Source of the DNA: Edaphobacter aggregans
GTDB taxonomy: Bacteria; Acidobacteriota; Terriglobia; Terriglobales; Acidobacteriaceae
Assembly (NCBI RefSeq): GCF_003945235.1
Contig: NZ_RSDW01000001.1
Span: 6,120,257-6,152,256, forward strand
Length of the DNA stretch: 32,000 nt
Reading direction: 5' to 3'
Numbering within the stretch: position 1 is the first letter of the stretch; every line of letters starts with the position of its first letter. Made by a program: the position numbers and the translations under genes. The notes beneath the pieces are model-generated. The model saw nothing but the letters and a program-made list of their open reading frames with translations. It searched no databases and had not been told where the DNA came from. Shown here in pieces: positions 1 through 7,870 of the stretch.

Positions 1-31
1 TTCAACTACGAAATAACAAGGGAGCAAGACG

Positions 32-1258
32 ATGGGATCATTTTCAACAGCGCTGACCGGATTGCAGGCTGATACGGTCTCGCTGAATACAATCGGCAAC
101 AATCTGGCAAATCTCAACACGACGGCCTTCAAGGATCAGAGCACGACCTTTGAAGATCTTTTCTACCAACAGATGGGAACGTCTGGATCGAATAATCCGA
201 TCCAGGTCGGCGTGGGAACGAAGGTGTCCGGCACGGATACGAACTTCTTGCAGGGGACCTTGTCGACGACGGGGAATTCGGCTGACATGGCGCTACAAGG
301 CAATGGGTTCTTCGTCGTGCAGCAGGGCAATGTTCAGTCATTGACGCGGGCCGGCAACTTTCAACTGGATCAGGTGGGAAATCTGACGACTGTAGATGGT
401 GAGCAGGTGATGGGATATCCAGCTCCTGGCGGAGTTGTGAACACGAATGCTGGTCTGGTGCCACTGAGCGTCCCCGTAGGCGTGAATGAGGCTGCCCATG
501 CGACACAAAACTTCTCGGTGACGGCAAATCTGGATGCCAGTGCTGCCACGGGAACGCAGGTAACGAGCCCAGTAAAGGTGTATGACTCACTTGGCCAGAG
601 TCATGAGGTTTCGGTGTCGTATACGAAGACGGGGGCGAATACATGGGATTATTCGATAACGCTTCCTGCGGGTGATGCGACGGGAACGCCGGTGAACAAT
701 ACGGGGACGCTGACGTTTGATACGAATGGGAACCTGGTGTCGCCAACGGCGAACGTTGCGGGGATTACGTTTCCTGCCTTGGCGGATGGAGCGAGCGATA
801 TGACCTTCAACTGGAATCTCTACACTAACGGGAGCCCGACGATGGCACAGTCGTCGGCGGCCTCGAGCACGGCGAATACAAATCAGGATGGTTATCCGAC
901 TGGAACGTATCAGAGCTTTACGGTAGATGCCAATGGTGTGATCTCAGCGACATTCAGCAATGGTCATACCCAGGACGTTGGGCAGGTTGCAGTGGCGTCA
1001 GTTACGAACACCGAAGGCCTGGTTCTGGTCGGCAATAACAACTACATGACGACGGCGGCCTCTGGCACAGCGACGGTCGGCGTGGCGGGCGTTGGCGGAC
1101 GTGGGACGATCGAGGACTCGGCGTTGGAGCAATCGAATGTCGATATCTCGACAGAGTTCGCCAATCTGATCGTGGCGCAGAGAGCGTTTCAGGCGAACTC
1201 GAAGACGATGACGACGTTCGATTCGGTGGCGCAGGATACGATCGCGATGATTCGATAG
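32..1258 (+). CDS. flgE: flagellar hook protein FlgE
   Basis: 408-aa ORF. The N-terminus carries the rod/hook family motif (SFSTALTGLQA...IGNNLANLNTTAFK). The C-terminus carries the family motif (LEQSNVDISTEFANLIVAQRAFQANSK). The internal DGYPTG...SNGHTQDVGQVAVA segment is hook-type. AAGGGAG Shine-Dalgarno lies 7 nt upstream of the ATG. Confidence 0.9.
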   Translation: MGSFSTALTGLQADTVSLNTIGNNLANLNTTAFKDQSTTFEDLFYQQMGTSGSNNPIQVGVGTKVSGTDTNFLQGTLSTTGNSADMALQGNGFFVVQQGNVQSLTRAGNFQLDQVGNLTTVDGEQVMGYPAPGGVVNTNAGLVPLSVPVGVNEAAHATQNFSVTANLDASAATGTQVTSPVKVYDSLGQSHEVSVSYTKTGANTWDYSITLPAGDATGTPVNNTGTLTFDTNGNLVSPTANVAGITFPALADGASDMTFNWNLYTNGSPTMAQSSAASSTANTNQDGYPTGTYQSFTVDANGVISATFSNGHTQDVGQVAVASVTNTEGLVLVGNNNYMTTAASGTATVGVAGVGGRGTIEDSALEQSNVDISTEFANLIVAQRAFQANSKTMTTFDSVAQDTIAMIR

Positions 1259-1274
1259 TGTGGGTTGCTAGCAA

Positions 1275-1319
1275 AGCGGGTGCTGAGTTGAAGTCTGACT
1301 TGGCACCCGCTGCTTTTTG
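1275..1319 (+). terminator. putative intrinsic terminator/attenuator after flgE
   Basis: Perfect 9-bp stem AGCGGGTGC (1275-1283) / GCACCCGCT (1303-1311), followed by GCTTTTTGC. The loop is long (19 nt), which weakens the call. Confidence 0.55.
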
Positions 1320-1400
1320 CTGCCTTGTTGGGGGATTCTAAAGATCCGTTAATTTTCAAGAGGCTGGCTATGGCTACTAGCTTGCAGTAATTACGGCATC

Positions 1401-1946
1401 ATGGCTACTTCTTCTCCAGTTGTTCCAGTTAGTGGTTCTGTTGAGCCGGTAAAGCTTCCGGTTGTTTCGCTGATGGTTGCGGTCGTGGTTGGGATTGTTG
1501 TCGCGACTGCAGGAGTTAGTGGGTTTGTTTATCTTCTTGCGCGCTCGGGCCATCTCCCGATGCCTGTCGCCGCTGCCGCTAAGGCCGAGCCGTCTGGACC
1601 GAGTGCAACGCGCGCGCTAGTGTTGGATTCGCTGCTGGTCAACCTGGCGGATAGCGGTGGGAGTGCGTATCTGCGAGTGGGTATGACGCTACGGGTGGTG
1701 GATGTCGTTGAGAAAAGCGGCGCGAAAAAGGACAACAAAGCTGTCGACGAAAAGATGAGCAAAGATGTCGAGGCGGCTGTTAGGGATACGGCGTTGACGG
1801 TTCTGGGCAGACAGACTTCAGAGGGATTGCTCGCGCCAGACGGCAAAGAGAAGTTGAAGATTGAGCTGAAGGCAGCGATGGCAAAACATAATGCGGATCT
1901 GAAGATTGAGGATCTGTTCTTCACTGAGTTTCTGGTGCAGCGGTAG
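1401..1946 (+). CDS. fliL: flagellar basal-body-associated protein FliL
   Basis: 181 aa with a single N-terminal TM helix (VVSLMVAVVVGIVVATAGVSGFVYLL), followed by the FliL-type core (LVLDSLLVNLADSGGSAYLRVGMTLRV...IEDLFFTEFLVQ). It sits between flgE and the export-gate genes. Confidence 0.85.
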   Translation: MATSSPVVPVSGSVEPVKLPVVSLMVAVVVGIVVATAGVSGFVYLLARSGHLPMPVAAAAKAEPSGPSATRALVLDSLLVNLADSGGSAYLRVGMTLRVVDVVEKSGAKKDNKAVDEKMSKDVEAAVRDTALTVLGRQTSEGLLAPDGKEKLKIELKAAMAKHNADLKIEDLFFTEFLVQR

Positions 1947-1953
1947 GAGATTT

Positions 1954-2283
1954 ATGACGGATACGGAGCTGATTCCTCGTGATGCCGAGCTGTCGACATT
2001 GCCGGTGGGTTCGGTCAGGATGGGAACTTTGGGAATGTCGCGGATTGAAGAACATGTGGCTTGGCCTTTGATGGCACGACTTGCGGTGAGGTTAGAGGCA
2101 GGAATTCCGCTGCCTCGGTTCAAGGTTCGCGATCTGCTGCGACTGGAAATTGACCAGGTTATCGAGAGCGAGTCGCCGGATTCGGAGGATGTTCCTCTGA
2201 AGGTCGGGCAGGTCCAGTTGGGATGGAGCGAGTTTGAAGTGGTCGAGCAGCAACTGGCTGTGCGGTTGACACGGTTGGCGTAG
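1954..2283 (+). CDS. small FliN/SpoA-family (flagellar switch C-ring-like) protein, second copy
   Basis: ATG at 1954 is preceded by AGGAGA. The 109-aa product ends in a SpoA-like pattern (ARLAVRLEAGIPLPRFKVRDLLRLEIDQVIESESPDSEDVPLKVGQVQLGWSEFEVVEQQLAVRLTRLA), comparable to the FliN C-terminal domain. I rejected the longer 1906 start of the track ORF because it overlaps fliL and lacks an SD. Confidence 0.65.
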   Translation: MTDTELIPRDAELSTLPVGSVRMGTLGMSRIEEHVAWPLMARLAVRLEAGIPLPRFKVRDLLRLEIDQVIESESPDSEDVPLKVGQVQLGWSEFEVVEQQLAVRLTRLA

Positions 2284-2324
2284 CGACTGGGTAAGAACGA
2301 AGACGTGACGAACGGAGCGGATGG

Positions 2325-2618
2325 ATGCAGGTTACACAAAAGACCGAACAGACGATCGCAGAGAATGCAGGTTTGGAGTTGCAGGGGTTTGCGGGATGGT
2401 TGCTTGGCCTTGTGCGGGGTCGAAGAGGTGTGCGTCATGGACAGCAGAGGTTGATGAAAGTGGTGGAGACGCTGCCGTTGGGTGGGAAGCGTCAATTGAT
2501 GCTGGTGCGCTGCGGGGAGAAGCATTTTCTTGTTGGCGGCGGGCTTGAGAGTGTTGAGACGATTGTGCGGGTTGAGGGTGGGATGTCGATCGAGAGTCAG
2601 GATGGGATATGTCTCTAG
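2325..2618 (+). CDS. fliO: flagellar biosynthesis protein FliO
   Basis: 97 aa with a short hydrophobic segment (FAGWLLGLV) followed by a FliO-type motif (LKVVETLPLGGKRQLMLVRCGEKHFLVGGGLESVETIV). It lies immediately upstream of fliP and overlaps it by 10 nt. Confidence 0.65.
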   Translation: MQVTQKTEQTIAENAGLELQGFAGWLLGLVRGRRGVRHGQQRLMKVVETLPLGGKRQLMLVRCGEKHFLVGGGLESVETIVRVEGGMSIESQDGICL

Positions 2619-3508
2619 GGCGTGGGCTGCGATGGTTCGCTCTGGTGGTATGGATGGTGGTGCCTCTGCCGGTGATGCTGGGCCAGCAGACGTTATTGGC
2701 GTCGTCGGCTTCTCCTGAGTCGTTTTGGGTGAAGCGGGATGCGGGTAAATCGAACGGCGTGGGTACGGGGAAAAAGGTCGCGGGGAAGGCCGGGGGCAAA
2801 GCACATTTGCACGAGTCGGCTGCCGGTCCGACTGGGAATACTGGGTTGAGCAAGAAAGACTCGATTGCGAGCGAGCTGGAGTCCAACCGGAGTACGCCGT
2901 GGTCGATTGTGGTGGGGTTGACGCTTTTGACGTTGTTGCCTGCGTTGCTGCTGTCGATGACTCCGCTGGTACGACTGTTGGTGGTGTTTCACTTTCTGCG
3001 GCAGGCGTTGGGGACGCAGACGGCGCCTTCGAATCAGGTGTTGATGGGACTGGCGTTGATGATGACCTGGTTCCTGATGCAGCCGGTGCTGCAGGAGGTG
3101 GAGCAGAAGGCAGTCGCTCCGTATCGAGCGGGGGCGATCTCGGGTGAAGATGCGTTGGATCGCGGTGTTCAGCCGGTGAAGCAGTACATGCTGCGTTATG
3201 CGCGGGAGAAGGATCTTGCTGTATTTGCTTCAGCGGGGATGAGTGAGCGGCCAAAGACGAAGGAGGATCTTCCGATCCAGGTTGTCGTGCCGGCTTACAT
3301 CCTGAGTGAGCTGAAGGCTGGATTTCAGATTGGGGCGGTTTTGTTTCTGCCGTTTCTTCTGGTGGACATTGTGGTTGCCAGCGTGACGACTTCGATCGGG
3401 ATGATGCAGCTGCCGCCGGTGGTGATCTCGACGCCTTTGAAGATTCTGCTGTTTGTGATGGTGGATGGATGGAATCTGCTGGCGGACCAGTTGATTAAGA
3501 GCTTCTAA
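2609..3508 (+). CDS. fliP: flagellar type III export gate protein FliP
   Basis: 299 aa. An N-terminal signal-like helix and a long Gly/Lys-rich linker precede the canonical FliP core (SIVVGLTLLTLLPALLLSMTPLVRLLVVFHFLRQALGTQTAPSNQVLMGLALMMTWFLMQPV ... VVPAYILSELKAGFQIG...LVDIVVASVTTSIGMMQLPP). Confidence 0.92.
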   Translation: MSLGRGLRWFALVVWMVVPLPVMLGQQTLLASSASPESFWVKRDAGKSNGVGTGKKVAGKAGGKAHLHESAAGPTGNTGLSKKDSIASELESNRSTPWSIVVGLTLLTLLPALLLSMTPLVRLLVVFHFLRQALGTQTAPSNQVLMGLALMMTWFLMQPVLQEVEQKAVAPYRAGAISGEDALDRGVQPVKQYMLRYAREKDLAVFASAGMSERPKTKEDLPIQVVVPAYILSELKAGFQIGAVLFLPFLLVDIVVASVTTSIGMMQLPPVVISTPLKILLFVMVDGWNLLADQLIKSF

Positions 3509-3532
3509 CTTTTGGGTTTTGTGGAGATGTGA

Positions 3533-3802
3533 ATGGGGCCGGACCAGACGGTGGAGATGATGCGGAAGGTGCTGATGGAGGCGATGATGCTATCTGCTCC
3601 GCTGCTGGTTACAGCTTGCCTTGTAAGTCTTCTGGTGAGTCTGGCGCAGACGTTGACGAGTGTGCAGGAGCAGACGCTGACGGCGGTGCCTCGGCTGGTG
3701 GTTGTGTTCGGCGTCACGATGACGATCCTTCCGTGGGTGGTGCATCGGCTGGTGAGCTTCACGCTGCATATGTTGACCGGGTTTCACAAGTACCTGGGGT
3801 AG
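3533..3802 (+). CDS. fliQ: flagellar export gate protein FliQ
   Basis: 89 aa with two TM helices and a FliQ pattern (LMEAMMLSAPLLVTACLVSLLVSLAQTLTSVQEQTLTAVPRLVVVF). GGAG lies upstream of the ATG. Confidence 0.9.
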   Translation: MGPDQTVEMMRKVLMEAMMLSAPLLVTACLVSLLVSLAQTLTSVQEQTLTAVPRLVVVFGVTMTILPWVVHRLVSFTLHMLTGFHKYLG

Positions 3803-3807
3803 ATGGC

Positions 3808-4590
3808 ATGAATCGAGAGGCTAGCACATTGATCAACGATTGGCCGCAGTACCTGACGGCGGCGGTGCTTGTGCTGGTGCGATTGAGTGGGCTGATGGTG
3901 TTTGCGCCGTTGTTTTCTTCAGCGGCAATTGCTCCTCGGATCAAGGCTGGGTTTGTGATCGCGATGACGGTCTTGCTTGCGCCTGCTGTTGCGGCGGTTC
4001 CGAATGCGCGGGTGTCGCTGGATATGAAGGCAGTGTTGGGTGAATTGGGTGTGGGATTGGTGTTTGGGTTGTCGCTGACGTTGCTGAATGAAGCGCTGAC
4101 ATTTGCTGGGGCGTTGTTGGGAATGCAGTTCAGTTTTTCGCTGGTGAATCTTATGGATCCGAACTCAAAGATCGAGACGCCCGTGTTAGGACAGATGCTG
4201 GGGTGGCTGGGGATTCTTGTACTGATCGGTGCGGGGTTGGATAGAAGTTTGCTGGCTGCTGTGGTGAGGAGCTTCTGCACTGTGCCGGTGGGACAGGCGG
4301 TGGTGCAGGCGAAGACGGGGATGGCACTGGCGATGATGGCGGGCGGGATTTTTTTGGCAGGGCTGCAGTTGGCTGCTCCGGTGATTGCAGCGGCGATGGC
4401 GGTGGAGGTGACGATTGCGTTGGTGGCTCGGCTGTCTCCGCAGTTGCCGGCGATGGTGCTGAGTGTGCCGCTGAAGACGCTGGTGTCATATGCGGTGCTT
4501 ATCGGGAGTTTGGCGGTTTGGCCGGGATGGATTGAGCGGCACTTTACTGCGTTGCTGGATGTGGCGGGAAGGTTGATCGCGAACGCATGA
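3808..4590 (+). CDS. fliR: flagellar export gate protein FliR
   Basis: This is an internal ATG of track ORF 3529..4590. From MNREAS the product is a polytopic membrane protein with a FliR pattern (VLVLVRLSGLMVFAPLFSSAAIAPRIKAGFVIAMTVLLAP). The first 93 codons of the track ORF overlap fliQ in another frame and are Gly/Asp/Ala-rich, so I treat them as noise. Confidence 0.88.
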   Translation: MNREASTLINDWPQYLTAAVLVLVRLSGLMVFAPLFSSAAIAPRIKAGFVIAMTVLLAPAVAAVPNARVSLDMKAVLGELGVGLVFGLSLTLLNEALTFAGALLGMQFSFSLVNLMDPNSKIETPVLGQMLGWLGILVLIGAGLDRSLLAAVVRSFCTVPVGQAVVQAKTGMALAMMAGGIFLAGLQLAAPVIAAAMAVEVTIALVARLSPQLPAMVLSVPLKTLVSYAVLIGSLAVWPGWIERHFTALLDVAGRLIANA

Positions 4591-5732
4591 GCACGAAGGG
4601 GACGGAACAGGCTACTCCTGAACGAAGGAAGAAGGCGAAGGCGAAGGGCGATAGTGTTCGCAGCCGTGAGTTGCTTTCTGCGATGGCAATGCTGGGTGGT
4701 GTGGCGATGTTGGGGATTTCGGCCCATGGATTTGTTGCGGGTTGGGGCAAGGTCTATATCGAGAGCTTGCGATCTGCTGCGGTGGACGAGGTGAACGGGG
4801 ATCAGGGGTGGAATGAAGCTGTGCGGCGAATGCTTGCTCCTGCGTTGCTACCGGTTGGGCTAGTTATGGCCGCGAGCTTCGGGGGTGCGCTGCTTGCGGG
4901 TGTGGCGCAGGGTGGTGGAGTGCAGGTTCATCCGAACGCGGTGGGAGTGAAGTTTTCGAAGTTGAATCCGGTTACGAATTTGGGACACCTGTTTAGTTTG
5001 CGATCGACGACACGTCTGGTGAAGTCTCTGGTGCCTGCGGCAGTGATGGTGGTGTTGGGGTGGGGAGCGCTGAAAGCGTTGATGCTGCCTATGCCGGTGA
5101 TGAGTTTGATGCGGCTACCCGCTACGTTTTCGACGGCGTATGGACTGGCGCTGGATGCGGCTTGGGTGACTCTGGCTTGGTCTGGGCTGGACTATGCGAT
5201 GGAGTGGAGGAGCTGGAATGAGCGGCTGAAGATGAGCAAGCAGGAGATCCGCGATGAAGTGAAAGAGGCGATGGGAAACCCGCAGGTGAAGATGAAGATC
5301 CGCCAGATCCAGATGGCGATGCGGAAGCGCAAGGTCAAGGCGGATATGTCGCGCGCGAGTGTGGTGATTACGAATCCGACGCACTATGCGGTGGCGCTGG
5401 AATTCAGCTTCGAAACGATGGAGGCCCCGAAGGTGCTGTGCAAGGGACGTGATCTGCATGCGGCGGAGATTCGAGAAGAGGCTCGGTGGGCTGGGATTCC
5501 GATGATAGAGAACCCTCCGTTGGCACGGAGTTTGTACAGGATGGTGGAACCAGGTCAGTCAATTCCATTTGAGCTGTATGCGACGGTTGCGGGGATTCTG
5601 GCTTATCTGTACCGGCAGAAAGTGGAGGAACGGATGCGGCGGGAACGGCAGGCACAGTTGGTTCGACAGAGTGGAGGGCTTCGTGAGATGGCAATGGCTG
5701 GTGGAATGCGTGGATTTGGAGGTGGAATGTGA
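4587..5732 (+). CDS. flhB: flagellar export switch protein FlhB
   Basis: 381 aa. The N-terminus reads TEQATPERRKKAKAKGDSVRSRELLSA. The conserved NPTH autocleavage site is present (VVITNPTHYAVAL), as is the C-terminal IPMIENPPLARSLY motif. ATGA overlap with the fliR stop. Confidence 0.93.
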   Translation: MSTKGTEQATPERRKKAKAKGDSVRSRELLSAMAMLGGVAMLGISAHGFVAGWGKVYIESLRSAAVDEVNGDQGWNEAVRRMLAPALLPVGLVMAASFGGALLAGVAQGGGVQVHPNAVGVKFSKLNPVTNLGHLFSLRSTTRLVKSLVPAAVMVVLGWGALKALMLPMPVMSLMRLPATFSTAYGLALDAAWVTLAWSGLDYAMEWRSWNERLKMSKQEIRDEVKEAMGNPQVKMKIRQIQMAMRKRKVKADMSRASVVITNPTHYAVALEFSFETMEAPKVLCKGRDLHAAEIREEARWAGIPMIENPPLARSLYRMVEPGQSIPFELYATVAGILAYLYRQKVEERMRRERQAQLVRQSGGLREMAMAGGMRGFGGGM

Positions 5733-7837
5733 GTGAAGCGGTGATGACGAAGAATGATGGGTTTTCTACTGCGAAATTGCAGAGTTTGTTGCTGCCGGTA
5801 ACTGCGATCAGCATGGTGTTCGTGATGCTGATTCCGGTGCCGAGCTTTGTGCTGGATCTTTTGCTGGCTGCTTCGATTACGGCTTCGGTGATTGTGTTTC
5901 TAACGGCTGTGCAGGTGCGACGGGCGGTAGATTTCTCTGTGTTTCCTACGCTGCTCTTATTGCTGACGTTGTTCCGGCTGTCGCTGAACCTGGCTTCGAG
6001 CCGAAGAATTCTGCTGCATGGACATGAGGGGACGCATGCCGCGGGTGCGGTGATTGAGGCGTTTGGGCAGTTTGTGATCGGGGGAAACTACGTTGTTGGG
6101 TTTGTATTGTTTCTGGCGCTGATCGCGATTCAGTTTTTGGTGGTGAGTCATGGCGCGGTGCGGACGGCGGAGGTGACAGCGCGGTTCACGCTGGATGCTC
6201 TTCCTGGTAAGCAGATGGCGATCGATGCGGATATGAACGCCGGGTTGATCGATGAGCAGGGTGCACGGAAGCGTCGGCAGGCGATTGCGCGAGAGGCCGA
6301 GTTCTATGGCGCGATGGATGGTGCGGCGAAGTTCAATCAGAGGGATTCGCTGGCGACGATTCTGATTACGGTGATCAATATTGTGGCGGGATTGTTGATT
6401 GGAGTGCTGCAGCAAGGCGCTGATCTGACTACGGCGGTGAAGACTTACACGATTCTTACGGTTGGCGATGGCTTGGTGACGATGATTCCGAGCCTGCTGG
6501 TGTCGATTGCTGGTGGCATGGTGCTGACGCGGGCTTCTTCGGCGGGATCGCTTGATGATGAGCTGGGAACGCAGTTGCTGCGCGGGCGGAACACGCTTTG
6601 GATTGCGTGTGCTGTATTGCTTGGACTGGCTTTGATTCCGGGATTGCCGAAGTTGTCGTTTGTGTTGATGGCGGCTGGGGTTGCGCTGATCGCGCGGAGA
6701 CTGCCGACCGGGAAGAATGGGGCGGCAGCGGTAGATGAAGCTGCTCCTGGAGAGAAGGCGAAGGTGGTTGAGGTGGCGAAGAGCGAGAACCTGGCTTCGC
6801 TGCTGAAGATGGATGAGCTGACGCTGGAGATTGGATTTCAGCTGATCTCGATGGTCGATGAGAAGCAGGGCGGGCAGATGCTGAATCGGGTTCGTGCGCT
6901 GCGACGGCATCTGGCTACGGAGCTTGGGTTCATTGTTCCGGCGGTACATATTACGGACAATCTGCGGTTGAAGCCGAGAGAGTATGTGGTGAGTCTGCGG
7001 GGAGTGGAGATTGCGCGATGGCAGACGGAGCAGAACTGTTTGCTTGCGGTAAATGCTGATCCTAAGGCTCGCGCTCTGCCGGGTGTGGAGACGCGGGAGC
7101 CGGCGTTCGGCGTGATGGCCAGGTGGATTCAGCCGGGGCTCGAGGAGCAGGCGCTTGCGGCGGGGTACTCGGTTGTAGACCAGACGACGGTGATTGGAAC
7201 TCATCTTGGCGAGCTGATTCGCAGACATGCGCATGAGTTGTTGGGGCGGCAGGAGGTGAAGCGACTTCTGGACAGCATGAATGAGAGTCATCCGAAGCTG
7301 GTGGAAGAGTTGGTGCCGAAGCTGATGACGCTAGGTGAAGTGCAGCGGGTGTTACAGCAGCTCCTGCGGGAACAGGTTTCAATTCGCGACCTAGGGGCGA
7401 TTCTTGAAGTGCTGGTTGAAGCGGCGCAACAGTCGAAGGATGTGGTGCATCTGGTGGAGAGCGTGCGTCAGTCGCTGGGACGTGGGTTGGTTCATCCGCT
7501 GCTAGATGGTGAAGGTGGGCTGCGCGTTCTGATGTTGGACCAGGCACTGGAGACGGAGTTGGTGCATACGTTCGATCCGCGCGGCGCTGCCTTGTTGCTT
7601 GGAGATGGAGCGCGACCAGGAGGAATGCCTGCGGATTTTCTGAGGCGGCTTGTGGAATCTGTGAAACGCCTAACCGGAGGGGCCCCGACATCGGCACTTC
7701 CCGTGCTTCTGTGTCAGAGTCCGGCGCGCTATCACGTACGGCGTTGGCTGGAGCCGTTTCTACCGAAAGTGACCGTGTTGGCACCGGCAGAGATTCCGCC
7801 GGAGATCCGGGTACGGAGTTTAGGGACGGTTGGTTGA
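5729..7837 (+). CDS. flhA: flagellar export apparatus protein FlhA
   Basis: 702 aa. Conserved FlhA/InvA N-terminal membrane domain (FGQFVIGGNYVVGFVLFLALIAIQFLVVSHGAVRTAEVTARFTLDALPGKQMAIDADMNAG) and a cytoplasmic C-terminal domain. GTG at 5729 overlaps the flhB stop. An alternative ATG at 5744 is possible. Confidence 0.95.
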   Translation: MSEAVMTKNDGFSTAKLQSLLLPVTAISMVFVMLIPVPSFVLDLLLAASITASVIVFLTAVQVRRAVDFSVFPTLLLLLTLFRLSLNLASSRRILLHGHEGTHAAGAVIEAFGQFVIGGNYVVGFVLFLALIAIQFLVVSHGAVRTAEVTARFTLDALPGKQMAIDADMNAGLIDEQGARKRRQAIAREAEFYGAMDGAAKFNQRDSLATILITVINIVAGLLIGVLQQGADLTTAVKTYTILTVGDGLVTMIPSLLVSIAGGMVLTRASSAGSLDDELGTQLLRGRNTLWIACAVLLGLALIPGLPKLSFVLMAAGVALIARRLPTGKNGAAAVDEAAPGEKAKVVEVAKSENLASLLKMDELTLEIGFQLISMVDEKQGGQMLNRVRALRRHLATELGFIVPAVHITDNLRLKPREYVVSLRGVEIARWQTEQNCLLAVNADPKARALPGVETREPAFGVMARWIQPGLEEQALAAGYSVVDQTTVIGTHLGELIRRHAHELLGRQEVKRLLDSMNESHPKLVEELVPKLMTLGEVQRVLQQLLREQVSIRDLGAILEVLVEAAQQSKDVVHLVESVRQSLGRGLVHPLLDGEGGLRVLMLDQALETELVHTFDPRGAALLLGDGARPGGMPADFLRRLVESVKRLTGGAPTSALPVLLCQSPARYHVRRWLEPFLPKVTVLAPAEIPPEIRVRSLGTVG

Positions 7838-7870
7838 GGTCGATGGTTCAGACGGTGAAAGCGCAAGGAT

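Noticed and set aside
1302-1321. TGGCAC followed by TTGC, resembling a sigma-54 -24/-12 promoter ahead of fliL.
   Set aside because: The GG-to-GC spacing is about 5 nt too long for the TGGCAC-N5-TTGC consensus, and the TGGCAC is simply the 3' arm of the terminator-like hairpin.
1339-1368. TAAAG upstream of fliL as a possible sigma-28 -35 element.
   Set aside because: The sequence 15 nt downstream is AAGAGGCT, not GCCGATAA-like. It is better explained as the SD of the uORF.
1818-3254. Long antisense ORFs opposite real genes, for example 1818..3254(-), 5957..7291(-), 7062..7784(-), 8875..9522(-), 11963..13498(+), 14008..14751(+), 15233..16075(+), 17885..18502(+), 22354..24111(-).
   Set aside because: Their products are Pro/Arg/Ser/His- or Gly/Asp/Val-rich low-complexity strings, typical of stop-poor shadow frames in high-G+C DNA. 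Each lies fully opposite a gene with clear family motifs.
3529-3807. The N-terminal 93 codons of track ORF 3529..4590, which would make a 353-aa FliR.
   Set aside because: This part overlaps fliQ in another frame and reads as Gly/Asp/Ala-rich noise. FliR similarity begins at the ATG at 3808.
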